Source: Aureispira anguillae (GTDB lineage: Bacteria; Bacteroidota; Bacteroidia; Chitinophagales; Saprospiraceae). From it: a stretch of 64,000 nt of DNA. Location of the stretch: positions 2,585,716 to 2,649,715 of the forward strand of contig NZ_AP026867.1 of the NCBI RefSeq assembly GCF_026000115.1, in the 5' to 3' direction. The position numbers and the translations under genes are program-made. Shown here one piece after another: positions 1 through 10,327 of this stretch (positions within the stretch are counted from its first letter, which is position 1; every line of letters begins with the position of its first letter). The notes under the pieces are model-generated. The model saw nothing but the letters and a program-made list of their open reading frames with translations. It was not told the DNA's origin and made no database searches.

Positions 1-61
1 CATGAACGAAGTGAGCTAATAGCTAAACAATTAAAATTAAATAAAGCAAGGGGTTAGTCGA
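1..61 (+). other. possible 3' end of an attC-like site (core GTTAGTC at 55-61)
   Basis: ...ggGTTAGTCgagcacccaat resembles the array-wide ending ccGTTAGGCaccatt; gaacgaagtgag at 4-15 resembles gaacgaagtgaa at 58821-58832 inside the attC-like site at 58801-58894. Confidence 0.25.
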
Positions 62-436
62 GCACCCAATATATGTTACGACAACCCCAAACGTAGCACT
101 CAAAAGCTATTCCAAAGCCACACTAATAAACAAACGAAAGACTATTCATTAAAAAAGTTTTTTTTTAATAAATAGTCTCTTTTTGATGAATTAATACTAT
201 TCTTATATACAAAGATTTGAACGTCACTATCAACCTAAAGGTCTTAGAAAGATTGCTTCACGTAATACTTGCCAACGCCCCTCTTCAAATTTTAATTCAA
301 TATTACATAAAAGCTTCATTTCTTCGCCATTCATTCCACTATGTTTGCGGGTTAAAACACAAACAGCTGTGTTTCCCAACAGGTGAAAATCGTGCCATTC
401 TGCCCAGGTATTAAGCTGCGCTTTCCCCTCTTTAGC

Positions 437-751
437 TTATTTGGCAAAGTGTGTTTTAAATTCTTCTTTATTATAAGTAATCACTTCATTGTTTGGCAGC
501 ACTAAAGTGGTATGAAAATCTTTATGATAAATAGTTTCTAACGCTTCTATATCATAATTGGTAGCTCGATCAATAAGATGCTCCATTGCTTTTTTTACCT
601 CTGCTTCCGAGTGTTCTCTTTTTATATCGTTGTTACAAGCTGTCTTTATCGTTAAAGTTATTAGCATGAATAATGCTTTAAATAGGATCATTGTCTTACT
701 TTGTTTGATCCCCAAAAAGGATTCTAAAAAAGTCTTAGTATCACAAATCAA
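437..751 (-). CDS. small secreted protein, possibly SnoaL/NTF2-like
   Basis: 104-aa ORF with N-terminal hydrophobic signal-like segment; fold assignment by composition and length only. Confidence 0.3.
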   Translation of the reverse strand: MICDTKTFLESFLGIKQSKTMILFKALFMLITLTIKTACNNDIKREHSEAEVKKAMEHLIDRATNYDIEALETIYHKDFHTTLVLPNNEVITYNKEEFKTHFAK

Positions 752-1613
752 TACCGTTTTGATAAGCTAATCTAAAATCCGTTGGGGAGTAATTGGTTTT
801 TTGCTTAAAAAATCGTGAAAGATGGTTGGGTTCCGAAAAATTATACCGATCTGCGATTTCAGAAATTGTCATTGTTGTATGTATCAATTTCATCTTAATC
901 TCAAATAGCAACCGAAGTTTTATAAACGATGTCACTGTTACATTAAATTGTTCTTTAACCACCTTATTTAAGGAAATTCGACTTATTCCAAGAAGGGCTG
1001 TATAATCTTCTACTCTATGGAGTTTATTAATATGTTTTTCTACCAACTGCCTAAAGTGATAAGCAGTATTATCCACTGAAATAGCATTTTTCAGATTATT
1101 TTCTACAGCATACAATCGGTTTAAAGAAATTAATATATAATAGAGCAAAGAACGTATCAAATGGACACTATCTGTTTTTGAATGGATTAGTTCTTCTTTT
1201 ATTTTAGCTAATTTCATAAGATTTTCACTTAGAATAACATCAGAAATTTTTAGACTTAATGGAAATTTTGTTTGGTAAAAATATAAGAATCGAAAGATGA
1301 AGAATTGGTCTGAAAAAAAATCATTCAAAAACTCATCTTGAAAAAGTAATAATTGCCCTTCAAATTGAGCATAATCAACATACCACGAGTAGTGCTGATG
1401 CTTTGATATAAATATCACTGAATTGGATTCTAATTCGATTTTTTTATCATTTAATAGAAGATAACCATTTGCTTTTTTTAGAAAATAGATTTGGAAAAAA
1501 TCAGCAGAAGTTGTCCTATAGTCTAATGCAAAAGGGCAATCCGATTGAAAGTCTATTACATTGAGTAATAAATTAACTCCACAAACCGTTTTATTAAATT
1601 CAATATATTTCAT
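741..1613 (-). CDS. AraC family transcriptional regulator
   Basis: C-terminal HTH_AraC signature (ISEIADRYNFSEPNHLSRFFKQKTNYSPTDFR); N-terminal effector-binding domain. Confidence 0.8.
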   Translation of the reverse strand: MKYIEFNKTVCGVNLLLNVIDFQSDCPFALDYRTTSADFFQIYFLKKANGYLLLNDKKIELESNSVIFISKHQHYSWYVDYAQFEGQLLLFQDEFLNDFFSDQFFIFRFLYFYQTKFPLSLKISDVILSENLMKLAKIKEELIHSKTDSVHLIRSLLYYILISLNRLYAVENNLKNAISVDNTAYHFRQLVEKHINKLHRVEDYTALLGISRISLNKVVKEQFNVTVTSFIKLRLLFEIKMKLIHTTMTISEIADRYNFSEPNHLSRFFKQKTNYSPTDFRLAYQNGIDL

Positions 1614-1628
1614 CCTTTAAAAATTTAA

Positions 1629-2459
1629 TTAGAATCTTAAAATTTCACCATCATTTGGTATCACAATATCTACTTGTTCATTTTTTGCCTTCTCACTTAC
1701 CATCTTACGAGTAGTTTTGCAATGATCTAACGCCTCCATATGAACTGCAATAATTTTTGCTGTTGGTGTAAACTTTGCCAATTCTACAACACTATTTTCA
1801 TCCATTAAGATTTTAGATTCCCCCCAAATTGCTCCTCCTGTATTAGCAATAATAATAGCTGGTTGATGTTCTCTTATTGTCTCCTTAATTTCAGCATCAA
1901 ATAAACAATCGCCAATTATATAAATAGTAGGTTGGCTCTTTGCCTTAAGGATATACCCAGAAACCTGCCCTAAATCTTCTAGCAAAGCATCAGGACCGTG
2001 TTTCCCTTTGGTTCTAATTATTGATGTATTCTTAAACTCCGTTTTTTCATTCACAACTGAATAATTAGAAAAAGGACCTTTTGAGAATACTTCTTTATCT
2101 GTAGGCTGGATAAAAAACGGCAGTTCAGAATTTAAATAATCTTTAGCCCCTTGATCAAAATGATCCAAATGACTATGAGTTAGCAAAACAGCATCAACAT
2201 TGTCAACAATATTTTTAATAGACAATGGTAAATCTACTGTTGGATTTAAATTTTCATTAGGAACAACAAATGACATAAATGATTTTGGAGGTGATAATGA
2301 AGGATCTACCATAAAGATAGTACCATTGTAATCAATTTTTAACGTGGCGTTTCTAATAAGTTGAATGCTAATTTTATTAGAATTTTTGTCTGTTAAAACG
2401 GTGCAAGCTCCCATAAGCATAAAGAATACGACTGTAATTAATAAATATTTGTTTTTCAT
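1629..2459 (-). CDS. secreted MBL-fold metallo-hydrolase
   Basis: signal peptide; HSHLDHFDQG (HxHxDH) motif. Confidence 0.8.
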   Translation of the reverse strand: MKNKYLLITVVFFMLMGACTVLTDKNSNKISIQLIRNATLKIDYNGTIFMVDPSLSPPKSFMSFVVPNENLNPTVDLPLSIKNIVDNVDAVLLTHSHLDHFDQGAKDYLNSELPFFIQPTDKEVFSKGPFSNYSVVNEKTEFKNTSIIRTKGKHGPDALLEDLGQVSGYILKAKSQPTIYIIGDCLFDAEIKETIREHQPAIIIANTGGAIWGESKILMDENSVVELAKFTPTAKIIAVHMEALDHCKTTRKMVSEKAKNEQVDIVIPNDGEILRF

Positions 2460-2919
2460 TTTAGTATTATTTTTAATGCAAAATTGAGGCTATTTAACAT
2501 TTTAAATACTACCATTTGTCGAAAAAAAACTACCATTTTGATAAAGATGGATGAAGTCCCATTGTTAATAGCCTTCCTGTACTGAATAATTGGAGCCATT
2601 CAATTAGCATACCTCCTATTCTCTATGCTTCATTCAAGCTATTGCCCCCCTTAGAATTCACCTTATAACTGTTGATTTAACTCTTTAAAGCCTGCAAATA
2701 ATTCGTGACACAGCTCATAGATTATAGTTTACCCTTTATAAAGTCAAGTTAACCAGTAATCTATTGAATATTGCGGTGCTTTTATTTATAATCTACCTTT
2801 AGACTAAAGAAGTAAATACCAAACCCTAGAATCCACAACCCCAATATAAATAAAGAGTCCAAAACCTAACTGTTTTCAAACAGAGTAGGAATTATTAAAA
2901 ATTTATTAAATTTTATATC

Positions 2920-3300
2920 ATGAAAAAATCGCTTTTAATTGCCTTTTTTAGTCTTTTATTTATTATTCCTTTATTCGCTGCGGAGGCGACTATTACGCTT
3001 AGTGGTGGTCGTAAAATCGTTGTCAATGACCCCAATCGTGATTGTCCTGAAATGAGACGAATGCTTGATAAGAAATATGGGGGTAAATGGGAGTTAGATG
3101 ATTGGGACTGTGATAAGGATGGAATCCATTATCCCAATGGAGGCATTGACCCTAATCCAGGTTCAGATATTATTCTTCAAATTGAATTACTTGAGGGAGA
3201 AGATCCTATACAAATTGAAGCAGAGCTTGCTGAACTGATACATTTTTTGACCAATAGTGGCGAAAATGTTCAAGTGCAATTTATCGTTGTTCATCATTAA
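2920..3300 (+). CDS. secreted hypothetical protein
   Basis: signal peptide (MKKSLLIAFFSLLFIIPLFA); followed by terminator hairpin. Confidence 0.5.
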   Translation: MKKSLLIAFFSLLFIIPLFAAEATITLSGGRKIVVNDPNRDCPEMRRMLDKKYGGKWELDDWDCDKDGIHYPNGGIDPNPGSDIILQIELLEGEDPIQIEAELAELIHFLTNSGENVQVQFIVVHH

Positions 3301-3306
3301 TGTAAT

Positions 3307-3336
3307 CTGTTCCCCAACGTATTGAGTTGGGGAACA
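3307..3336 (+). terminator. rho-independent terminator hairpin
   Basis: gttccccaac-gtattga-gttggggaac stem-loop directly after stop of 2920..3300. Confidence 0.5.
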
Positions 3337-3394
3337 TTTCTAAAAACAATATCAATTTTGCTAAATATAAAAACGCTCTAAAAGCCATCTTCAG

Positions 3395-3560
3395 CAACAC
3401 CAACAAACGATCAAAAAGCAGCCCACGATTAGCTTTGCTGCTAGGTTAGCTAGTGCGCTAGCGCTTATGAGCTCCCTAAGGTCGGTTCGTTATCACTCGT
3501 GAGCCAGCAAGCTGGGTTCTGCGTGGTTACTACCTGAGCCTATGGGTTATCAAAGAACCA
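3395..3560. ncRNA. candidate structured RNA (GC-rich island with multiple stems)
   Basis: locally GC-rich in an AT-rich background; stems agcagc/gctgct, gctag/ctagc, ccagc/gctgg; no ORF; not recognisable as tRNA. Confidence 0.2.
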
Positions 3561-3682
3561 AATTTATCAGACACCGTTTAATGAACAGCCCCCTTTTCTT
3601 TCTTATTCCTAAAGAGAAATAAGTGCCAATTGGCGGTTTTGTAACCATGTAATAATTCCGCATTAAGGAATAAAATAGAATT

Positions 3683-4654
3683 ATGAAATTATTGATGTTA
3701 ATAGTACTTTTTGCGCTTCCTAGTGGTTTGTCGGCTACCATGCAAATACCTGATACTGTAATTTATAAAACTAAAAAGTACACTTTAATTTTAAAAGGCT
3801 CTGCACTCCACTATTCTCCGCTGTGTTTCTATTATCTTCAAAATGATATATCAATGCCTTTCAATGCATGGTCATCTGCGGTAAAAAGAAGGCATATTGC
3901 GACATGGCAAATAATTGATAATAAACTTTTCCTAACCAAAGTAAATACCGTTGAAGGTCCTAAGCCTTTAAAAGACTGTCAAGTCCAATCCATCAGCAGT
4001 TCATTCAATACTCCCAATTTACTTTTTGCGGATTGGTTTAGTGGTATCTTCGCCTTTGGTTTTCATTGCTTTCATGTAAAAGAGGGGAAAATTATCCTTG
4101 ATAAAAAAATGTGTGACAATAATAACTACCTTTTCTTCTCTAGATGCATCATGAAGTTTGATTCTATCTATTCCAATAATCAATTGTATAGATTGACTAC
4201 TGGTTATTACAAAAAAAGTCCAATTTTTGATTACTTTGGTCAAGGTAGTAGTTTCTTAGATTGGCCCTATAACTGGGAAAATAAAAATCTATGTGGGGTA
4301 CCACTCTGTAAATGGAAAATAACAAACGATAGTTTATTTTTGGATGTTTTAAACCTATACACCTCAGAAGGAAAATGGATAAATTTCCTACAAGTGGGAG
4401 CAATAAAAAACATTACAAACCATAGCTTTGCGGACTGGGTTAATGGTGTTTATAGAATAGAAAAAGGCAAGATGGTTAAGGAGATTGTTTATGATGATGT
4501 AGAATGGGAGTTTTTTAAAGTTTCAGAATATCAATACATAAGGATTAAGAAAGGAGTAATCGTAGAATCTTTTGTTGTAGAACCTAACTTTGATATAAAA
4601 AATCCTCCTCCCAATACAGATCCTAAGGGCTTACAAATAATAGCAGATTACTAA
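3683..4654 (+). CDS. secreted hypothetical protein
   Basis: 323-aa ORF with signal peptide. Confidence 0.5.
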   Translation: MKLLMLIVLFALPSGLSATMQIPDTVIYKTKKYTLILKGSALHYSPLCFYYLQNDISMPFNAWSSAVKRRHIATWQIIDNKLFLTKVNTVEGPKPLKDCQVQSISSSFNTPNLLFADWFSGIFAFGFHCFHVKEGKIILDKKMCDNNNYLFFSRCIMKFDSIYSNNQLYRLTTGYYKKSPIFDYFGQGSSFLDWPYNWENKNLCGVPLCKWKITNDSLFLDVLNLYTSEGKWINFLQVGAIKNITNHSFADWVNGVYRIEKGKMVKEIVYDDVEWEFFKVSEYQYIRIKKGVIVESFVVEPNFDIKNPPPNTDPKGLQIIADY

Positions 4655-4825
4655 AAATGAGTTATAAAAAGAGCTTTAAAGCGTCTTCTAGATCTGGGGA
4701 TATAAAAAATTGGGCAGCAAAATCCGACGAATCTTGAGGCTAAAAAGTAAACTTTTTGCCCAGTTGCCCCCAATCACACAGAGAGTGTGCTTTAATTTAT
4801 AAATCAAAGCGACCTGTTTCTATCA

Positions 4826-4905
4826 TTCTATCAATCCGCCTTACCCAAAGCATCGTTCATCAGCTTATTAGAAAGATGCAAATAAACCATGGTTGGCAAA
4901 AGACT
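4826..4905 (-). pseudogene. tyrosine recombinase 3'-end remnant (copy A)
   Basis: minus-strand translation gives ...TMIYLHLSNKLMNDALGK; about 75% nucleotide identity to copies at 5926-6000 and 6880-6950. Confidence 0.5.
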
Positions 4906-4937
4906 AAAAACTTACATTTTCAAATAAAGGCAAAAAA

Positions 4938-5627
4938 TCAATCTTTAATACACCTACAAGAATATCCCTCTGTCTTATCATATCCAGCACGACTTACTCC
5001 TCCTAACCCTGTATTTATATCACGAGCAAATCCAGTCGAAGATGTATGTTCTGTTGCTGTCCAAAAGAAAGCACGATACCCAATTTTATTATATCCAGAA
5101 TAATAATTACCCGCAGGAAATGCATTAAAGCCTAAATCATTAGTTCCATTACCAGCATTAACCCATCCTGTTGTAGATTTCATTCCTGTTCCATGAGTAC
5201 CTCGCCATGAGCCATCAAGAGTAGCGGTATCTACAGCGGACATTCCCAATGTCATTTCTAATTCATTCCATTCAGAATCAGAAGGTAAGTGCCAACCAGA
5301 AGGACAAATACCCTGCACGCCACTTGGACTAGCAGAACTAGAAGTCGAACCATTCATTAGCGTTGCCCAGTCATATAAGCGCCCATAAGTAACGGATGGG
5401 TTACTTGGATTTAGCCATGAACCTGATGCATTGTAGCGTAAGTTTTCCGCCATCCAACATTGATCTCCTATTTTAACTACTGAATACGTTTCTCCATCTC
5501 TAGAATCGGTAATAGTAGAACATGCTCCATTATTTTGAGTTGTTATTGGAGCTTTCTCACAGCCTGTCCATAAAATTACCAGACTGGCTAAAATAAAGGT
5601 TAAAACGGTTAGTTTCTGCATCGTCAA
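4938..5627 (-). CDS. FISUMP-domain (Fibrobacter succinogenes major paralogous domain) lipoprotein
   Basis: lipobox LWTGC; GDQCWMAENLRY, LYDW, CPSGWHLPSDSEW and FFWTAT motifs. Confidence 0.7.
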   Translation of the reverse strand: MTMQKLTVLTFILASLVILWTGCEKAPITTQNNGACSTITDSRDGETYSVVKIGDQCWMAENLRYNASGSWLNPSNPSVTYGRLYDWATLMNGSTSSSASPSGVQGICPSGWHLPSDSEWNELEMTLGMSAVDTATLDGSWRGTHGTGMKSTTGWVNAGNGTNDLGFNAFPAGNYYSGYNKIGYRAFFWTATEHTSSTGFARDINTGLGGVSRAGYDKTEGYSCRCIKD

Positions 5628-5925
5628 TTTTTTTCATTAAAAATTGAGCGCTAAAAAAAGAAAGCAGCTCATTAAGTTATAATATACAACCCAATATATG
5701 ATTTTATCACTAAAAGGAAGAATCAACATAACAGGTATTTACAATCCAAATTGAGATACCTCTGGAAAGACTCTTTCAAGTAATAACTTTACTAGTTAAT
5801 ATTTTTTTACTACAAAAAAGCTCGCTCATTACATAATATCATTTGACTAAAACAAACTAAAAAATCATTTTCGGAGTGGACTTAAAATTAAATATTCCTC
5901 CTAAAGGACTAAATAACAACATCCA

Positions 5926-6120
5926 TCAATAATGAGCGAAAAACAGATGCAAATAAATCATGGTTGTTTCGATCTTAGCATGCTGTAGGATTGCCTTTAA
6001 AATATGAATCGGCACCTTAGCCGCCAAATCCGTTGCAAAGGTATGGCGAGCCACATGGCTTGTTACGGGCTTTAGTATCCCTGCGTCATAGGCAATCTTC
6101 TTTGATTTATGGTTTTTCAC
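5926..6120 (-). pseudogene. tyrosine recombinase (phage-integrase family) C-terminal fragment (copy B)
   Basis: 64-aa ORF with catalytic box II HVARHTFAT...LQHAKIETTMIYLHL; no N-terminal domains. Confidence 0.65.
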
Positions 6121-6185
6121 TATAATATTGTATATTTATCTTGATTTAATCCCCTACAAATCTTGTTCACTAAGCCCCCTTACAA

Positions 6186-6770
6186 ATGACAGATAGAGTC
6201 AATACAATACAGAAAAATGAATTAAACAAACATAAGCTTCATCAAAATGTAATTTCAAGCTTGTCTAACAAATTAGGCATTCCTGATTTAAGAGCACGAA
6301 ATATAACCATTCGAGATGAACGAAATTGGAGGATCAATGAGAAACAAATTGACTATTGTTGGTTAATCAATATATCCCGATCTTTGATTGGATCCTGCTG
6401 GTTATTTTCGATAAAATTCAATGAATGTATTTTTAGGGATATTAAAAATGAAACTGAATTGATCCAAGGAATTTTTACGATTGATAAACAAATTGAAATA
6501 GATAAGTTTTATAGCACTGTACAAGCTAAAAATTTTAAGGATAAAATAAAGGAATTAACTTCTTATGATATGTTTGATGTAAACTCTGGAATTACTTTAG
6601 ATGGCACTGGGTATGAATATTTAATTTTTAGCGTTAATGCTGAAATTAAGATGTCATTAAATAACCCAAATTCTAAAAATTGGAAAGTTTGGGAAGCTGA
6701 AGTATGGAGTATTGGTAAAGAATTAGCACAAAAATCAAAAATAAATAACTTAACAGAAATATTTGTATAA
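6186..6770 (+). CDS. hypothetical protein
   Basis: 194-aa ORF; no recognisable motif. Confidence 0.4.
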   Translation: MTDRVNTIQKNELNKHKLHQNVISSLSNKLGIPDLRARNITIRDERNWRINEKQIDYCWLINISRSLIGSCWLFSIKFNECIFRDIKNETELIQGIFTIDKQIEIDKFYSTVQAKNFKDKIKELTSYDMFDVNSGITLDGTGYEYLIFSVNAEIKMSLNNPNSKNWKVWEAEVWSIGKELAQKSKINNLTEIFV

Positions 6771-6840
6771 AACGATACTCATATTCCTTAATAATTGGAC
6801 AAAAAAGGAGTATTTAGGTAAAAAACTATTCGAACTACCC

Positions 6841-6950
6841 CTTTCCTTATCCCTGTGTCCACCCTACCCAGCGCATCATTCACCAACTTATTAAAAGGGT
6901 GCAAATAAATCATCGTTGCTTCAATCTTAGAATGCTGTAGAATCACCTAA
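6841..6950 (-). pseudogene. tyrosine recombinase 3'-end remnant (copy C), abutting first attC-like site
   Basis: gtgcaaataaatcatcgttgcttcaatcttagaatgctgtag parallels copy B; the translation ends as in copy A. Confidence 0.5.
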
Positions 6951-7011
6951 GGTGTGTATATAGTTATTTATAGCACTTGTATATGTAATTGTGTATACAA
7001 GTAAGTTGTGC
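6948..7011 (+). other. attC-like (or attI-like) site at start of cassette array
   Basis: cctaagGTGTGTATATAG ... gtgtatacaag ... GTTGTGC resembles the attC consensus aacaaaGTGTATAT ... catatacac ... GTTRRRY. Confidence 0.35.
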
Positions 7012-7098
7012 TTCATTGAAACTTTAGTTTTAAGAAAATTTAAATTGTGAATCTCATTTATTAATTTAACGTAGATACTTAAAATCTAAAGTAACATT

Positions 7099-10000
7099 AT
7101 GGAATCCCAAAGCAAATCTTTCGCATCTCCTTCTGAATTTTACAAGCTTAAAAGACCAGAATTTTTCTCTGACTCAAAGATTATCTATGAAGTCCAATTA
7201 ACAAAAGAACATCTAGCGTTAGAATTAGATCAAATCACTATCAATCAAAAGCAAGATGAATTTGAAACATTGTGTAGAAAATTAGCAGAAAAATTAATTG
7301 CTCCGAACTTAATCCCACAAGTTGGTCCTACTGGTGGAGGGGATGGTAAAACTGATTTCGAAACTCATCCCGTATCTCATCAAATTTCAGATAGATGGTT
7401 TGTAACTCAAGAGGGATGGAAAGAAACTGAAAAGTGGGCATTCGCAATTAGCGCAAAAAAAACATGGAAGTCCAAAGCTAAATCAGATATCATAAATATC
7501 TTAAGTACTAAACGTCCATACACTCATATTTTTTTCATGACAAATCAAAAACCGTCAAGTAAAAAAAAGAAAGAAGCTCAAGATTCATTTAAAGAAGAAT
7601 ATGGAATAGAGGTCACCATTCTTGATGGGGTCTGGATAATTGAAAAAATACTACAACATAACTTTATTGATTTGGTAGTAGATGCACTCAATTTATCTAA
7701 AGTTTATAAAGAAAAAAAAGTAATATTAGGTGCTAATGATGACTTAAGAGAAAAACAATTACGTGAATTAGAAGAAAAAATTTCAACTCCTAATAGATAC
7801 TTTGAATATGATTTTCAACGTGTAGAAGATGCGATTGAAGCTGCAATCATATCAAGAATGCTTGAAAAGCCAAGAGATGAAATTGAGGGAAAATTTCTAA
7901 GAGCAAAACGTTTTTGTAAAAAACTAAACAATCCTAAACAATGGCAAAGAATATATTATCAAAGGGCGTGGACATATATTCATTGGTTTGATGATTATGA
8001 AGCTTTCATTGAAGATTATAAACAATTTAAAAAACATATTTCCCTTGCTTGTAATATTTCAAGTATGGAATTATTCTTCAATTTTATAAGCCTTCTAAGA
8101 GGCTTAGAAGTTTCTGATGTTTGCAACTTAAATGAGTTAGGTATCTCATTCAAAGAGGAAAAAGCTGAATTCTTAGAATCTCTATCTAAATTCAACGATA
8201 CAAATAAAATTCCTTGTTCAACAGCGATTGCTCATACTTATAAAAATATCCAAAAATTAATTGATGCAAAAGTAGACGAATCCTCTATATACATAAAAGA
8301 GCTCTCTGAAGTATTAGTACAAGGTTCAAAATATTTAGATTATCCATTTGAGTATTTTACCGATATTTTCACCCTAATTGGCAATATTTTCCCAAATAAT
8401 GAAGAATTTGACAACTTAACAGATATCATAGCACAAATTACTTCAAAACGGCAATCAGACTTAGCAAGTGGAGAAGTTTTTTTAAATCGTGGACTTCAAA
8501 AAATTGAAGCTGAGTTGTTTAAAGAAAGTGTAGTTTTCTTTGGCAAAACCATTGTAAAACTAGCAAAAAAAGAAAGTAACGACTTAATGTATTTTGCTCT
8601 AAGAGGACTAGCAGAAGCTTATTATAGATTGGGTTTACTTTGGGCTGCGAATAACTGCCTTACAGCTTCTCTTTCTTTATCATTCAAATCGTGGTATGAA
8701 AAAGGAGTCATTCATAAAAGGGTATATGATTGTATAACTGCTTTAGCAAAGAATGAGTTAATAATTGGAAGAATTCCTTCTTATTTTTCGTGGCACGAAA
8801 ATCTACAAATTATTAGGAGAGAAATAAATCTTGATGAAATTCCAGCTGAAAAGTCCCCTTATAATATCCTAGACGTTTTTCTTGCAATAAAGCTATTAAA
8901 TACAAGTAATTCAGAAAACAAGTATTTAGCCAGAATCCCAAATCTTTTGGATGAAAAACATTTGTGGTTATCTCAAGATGCTTGTTTATACAAACTCGGT
9001 TATCTGGAAAGGATTAAAGAGAATTTCAAATCGGCAGGAATTAAAGATATGAAACAAATCGATGACTATTTCAGAAATTTAGCTACACAACCTGCTCAGA
9101 AAGAATTATTAAACCCAACGAATTTTCTTGGCGATGAAATCATTTATCTATCATCAATTATTTTAGGTTGTGAATTCAAGATTAAATGCATAAATGATAA
9201 AAGTCTAATTATAACTGTTGAAGCTTTCTTAGCATACTTTGAAACTTTTTTAGCTACTTCTTTAAAAAATGTTGTCCCAGCAACAGAGGAAATCTATCTT
9301 CATTTCAAACGAAATGAAGATTGCGAAATATTAACTTTTTCAAACAAAAACAAATCGAATGAGTATGATATTGAAATAGGGCATGCTACCTTTTCAATGG
9401 AAAATAGAAGTAAGTTATGGGAATTAATGATCAACTTAATATCCGATATACTTGGGCGAAATTTCTTTTTCGATGAAATTGAGAAATATCTTAAAAATCT
9501 CTTTCAAAAAGAAGAAATTTCAGAAAGACTGTCTATTGTGTTTGAGCATATTACATTCACTTATAACACATTAGGAGAGTCCCCTAAAATTCTATTAAAA
9601 GACTGGATTGACATTGAAAAAACAGAAAACTATTCTAATAAAAGAAGTACTCCACTAAATTATAAAACTGACCAAAACAACTCATCTTCAGAGCTTAATA
9701 ACCAAACACTTAATAATTATGGTCATAATAAAAGAAAAGCATATTCATTAATTGACGTCCCTCTTTGGGATGAAGCGGGTTGGATTTCTTTTGGTATTTT
9801 TCAGTATCAAAAGGGTATTGGAATTGCTCTAGGATTTAAAGACGCTAATTATGGAAAAAAGATATTTGATGGATGGATTAATAAAATGGGAACAACTGAT
9901 AAAGAAGAAATTATCAAAATATGTATCATCAAAGGTGTAAATAAGGCTCACCCTCATTGGTATAAAGTTTTAATCACATCTAACATGGTAAAAATGAATC

Positions 10001-10320
10001 ATCCTGATACACAAATATTTACTCTAACATCAAGATATAGAGAGTTTTTCCCTAACACTTCAACAAATCTTGACAACTTAATCATGGCCTATAAGCATAC
10101 GAAGAAATATCTACTATGTCCTGCTGAAACCATCAACAACACAGGTATAAAACCTTTTATTAATTACGGAATAATCAAAACAGAATTAACAATTAAAAAT
10201 GCGTGGGAAATCGGTATTCATGATATAGAAAAAGTCGTTATAAACAAAAAAGACATCCCAATTATTCCCAATAACATAAAAGAACCTCCTATCTTAAGTA
10301 TATTAAACTTAAAAGAATAA
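7099..10320 (+). CDS. large (1073 aa) protein with N-terminal Mrr-like (PD-(D/E)xK) restriction-endonuclease-like domain; candidate defense protein
   Basis: N-terminus FETLCRKLAEKLIAPNLIPQVGPTGGGDGKTDFE matches the Mrr_cat pattern (TgGxGDGGiD); rest alpha-helical, unrecognised. Confidence 0.4.
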   Translation: MESQSKSFASPSEFYKLKRPEFFSDSKIIYEVQLTKEHLALELDQITINQKQDEFETLCRKLAEKLIAPNLIPQVGPTGGGDGKTDFETHPVSHQISDRWFVTQEGWKETEKWAFAISAKKTWKSKAKSDIINILSTKRPYTHIFFMTNQKPSSKKKKEAQDSFKEEYGIEVTILDGVWIIEKILQHNFIDLVVDALNLSKVYKEKKVILGANDDLREKQLRELEEKISTPNRYFEYDFQRVEDAIEAAIISRMLEKPRDEIEGKFLRAKRFCKKLNNPKQWQRIYYQRAWTYIHWFDDYEAFIEDYKQFKKHISLACNISSMELFFNFISLLRGLEVSDVCNLNELGISFKEEKAEFLESLSKFNDTNKIPCSTAIAHTYKNIQKLIDAKVDESSIYIKELSEVLVQGSKYLDYPFEYFTDIFTLIGNIFPNNEEFDNLTDIIAQITSKRQSDLASGEVFLNRGLQKIEAELFKESVVFFGKTIVKLAKKESNDLMYFALRGLAEAYYRLGLLWAANNCLTASLSLSFKSWYEKGVIHKRVYDCITALAKNELIIGRIPSYFSWHENLQIIRREINLDEIPAEKSPYNILDVFLAIKLLNTSNSENKYLARIPNLLDEKHLWLSQDACLYKLGYLERIKENFKSAGIKDMKQIDDYFRNLATQPAQKELLNPTNFLGDEIIYLSSIILGCEFKIKCINDKSLIITVEAFLAYFETFLATSLKNVVPATEEIYLHFKRNEDCEILTFSNKNKSNEYDIEIGHATFSMENRSKLWELMINLISDILGRNFFFDEIEKYLKNLFQKEEISERLSIVFEHITFTYNTLGESPKILLKDWIDIEKTENYSNKRSTPLNYKTDQNNSSSELNNQTLNNYGHNKRKAYSLIDVPLWDEAGWISFGIFQYQKGIGIALGFKDANYGKKIFDGWINKMGTTDKEEIIKICIIKGVNKAHPHWYKVLITSNMVKMNHPDTQIFTLTSRYREFFPNTSTNLDNLIMAYKHTKKYLLCPAETINNTGIKPFINYGIIKTELTIKNAWEIGIHDIEKVVINKKDIPIIPNNIKEPPILSILNLKE

Positions 10321-10327
10321 AAACGAA

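Noticed and set aside
3395-3560. tRNA or tmRNA call for the GC-rich island
   Set aside because: No cloverleaf with anticodon arm or GTTCGAATC-type T-loop could be traced, and no ANDENYALAA-type tag frame. Left as an unclassified candidate RNA.
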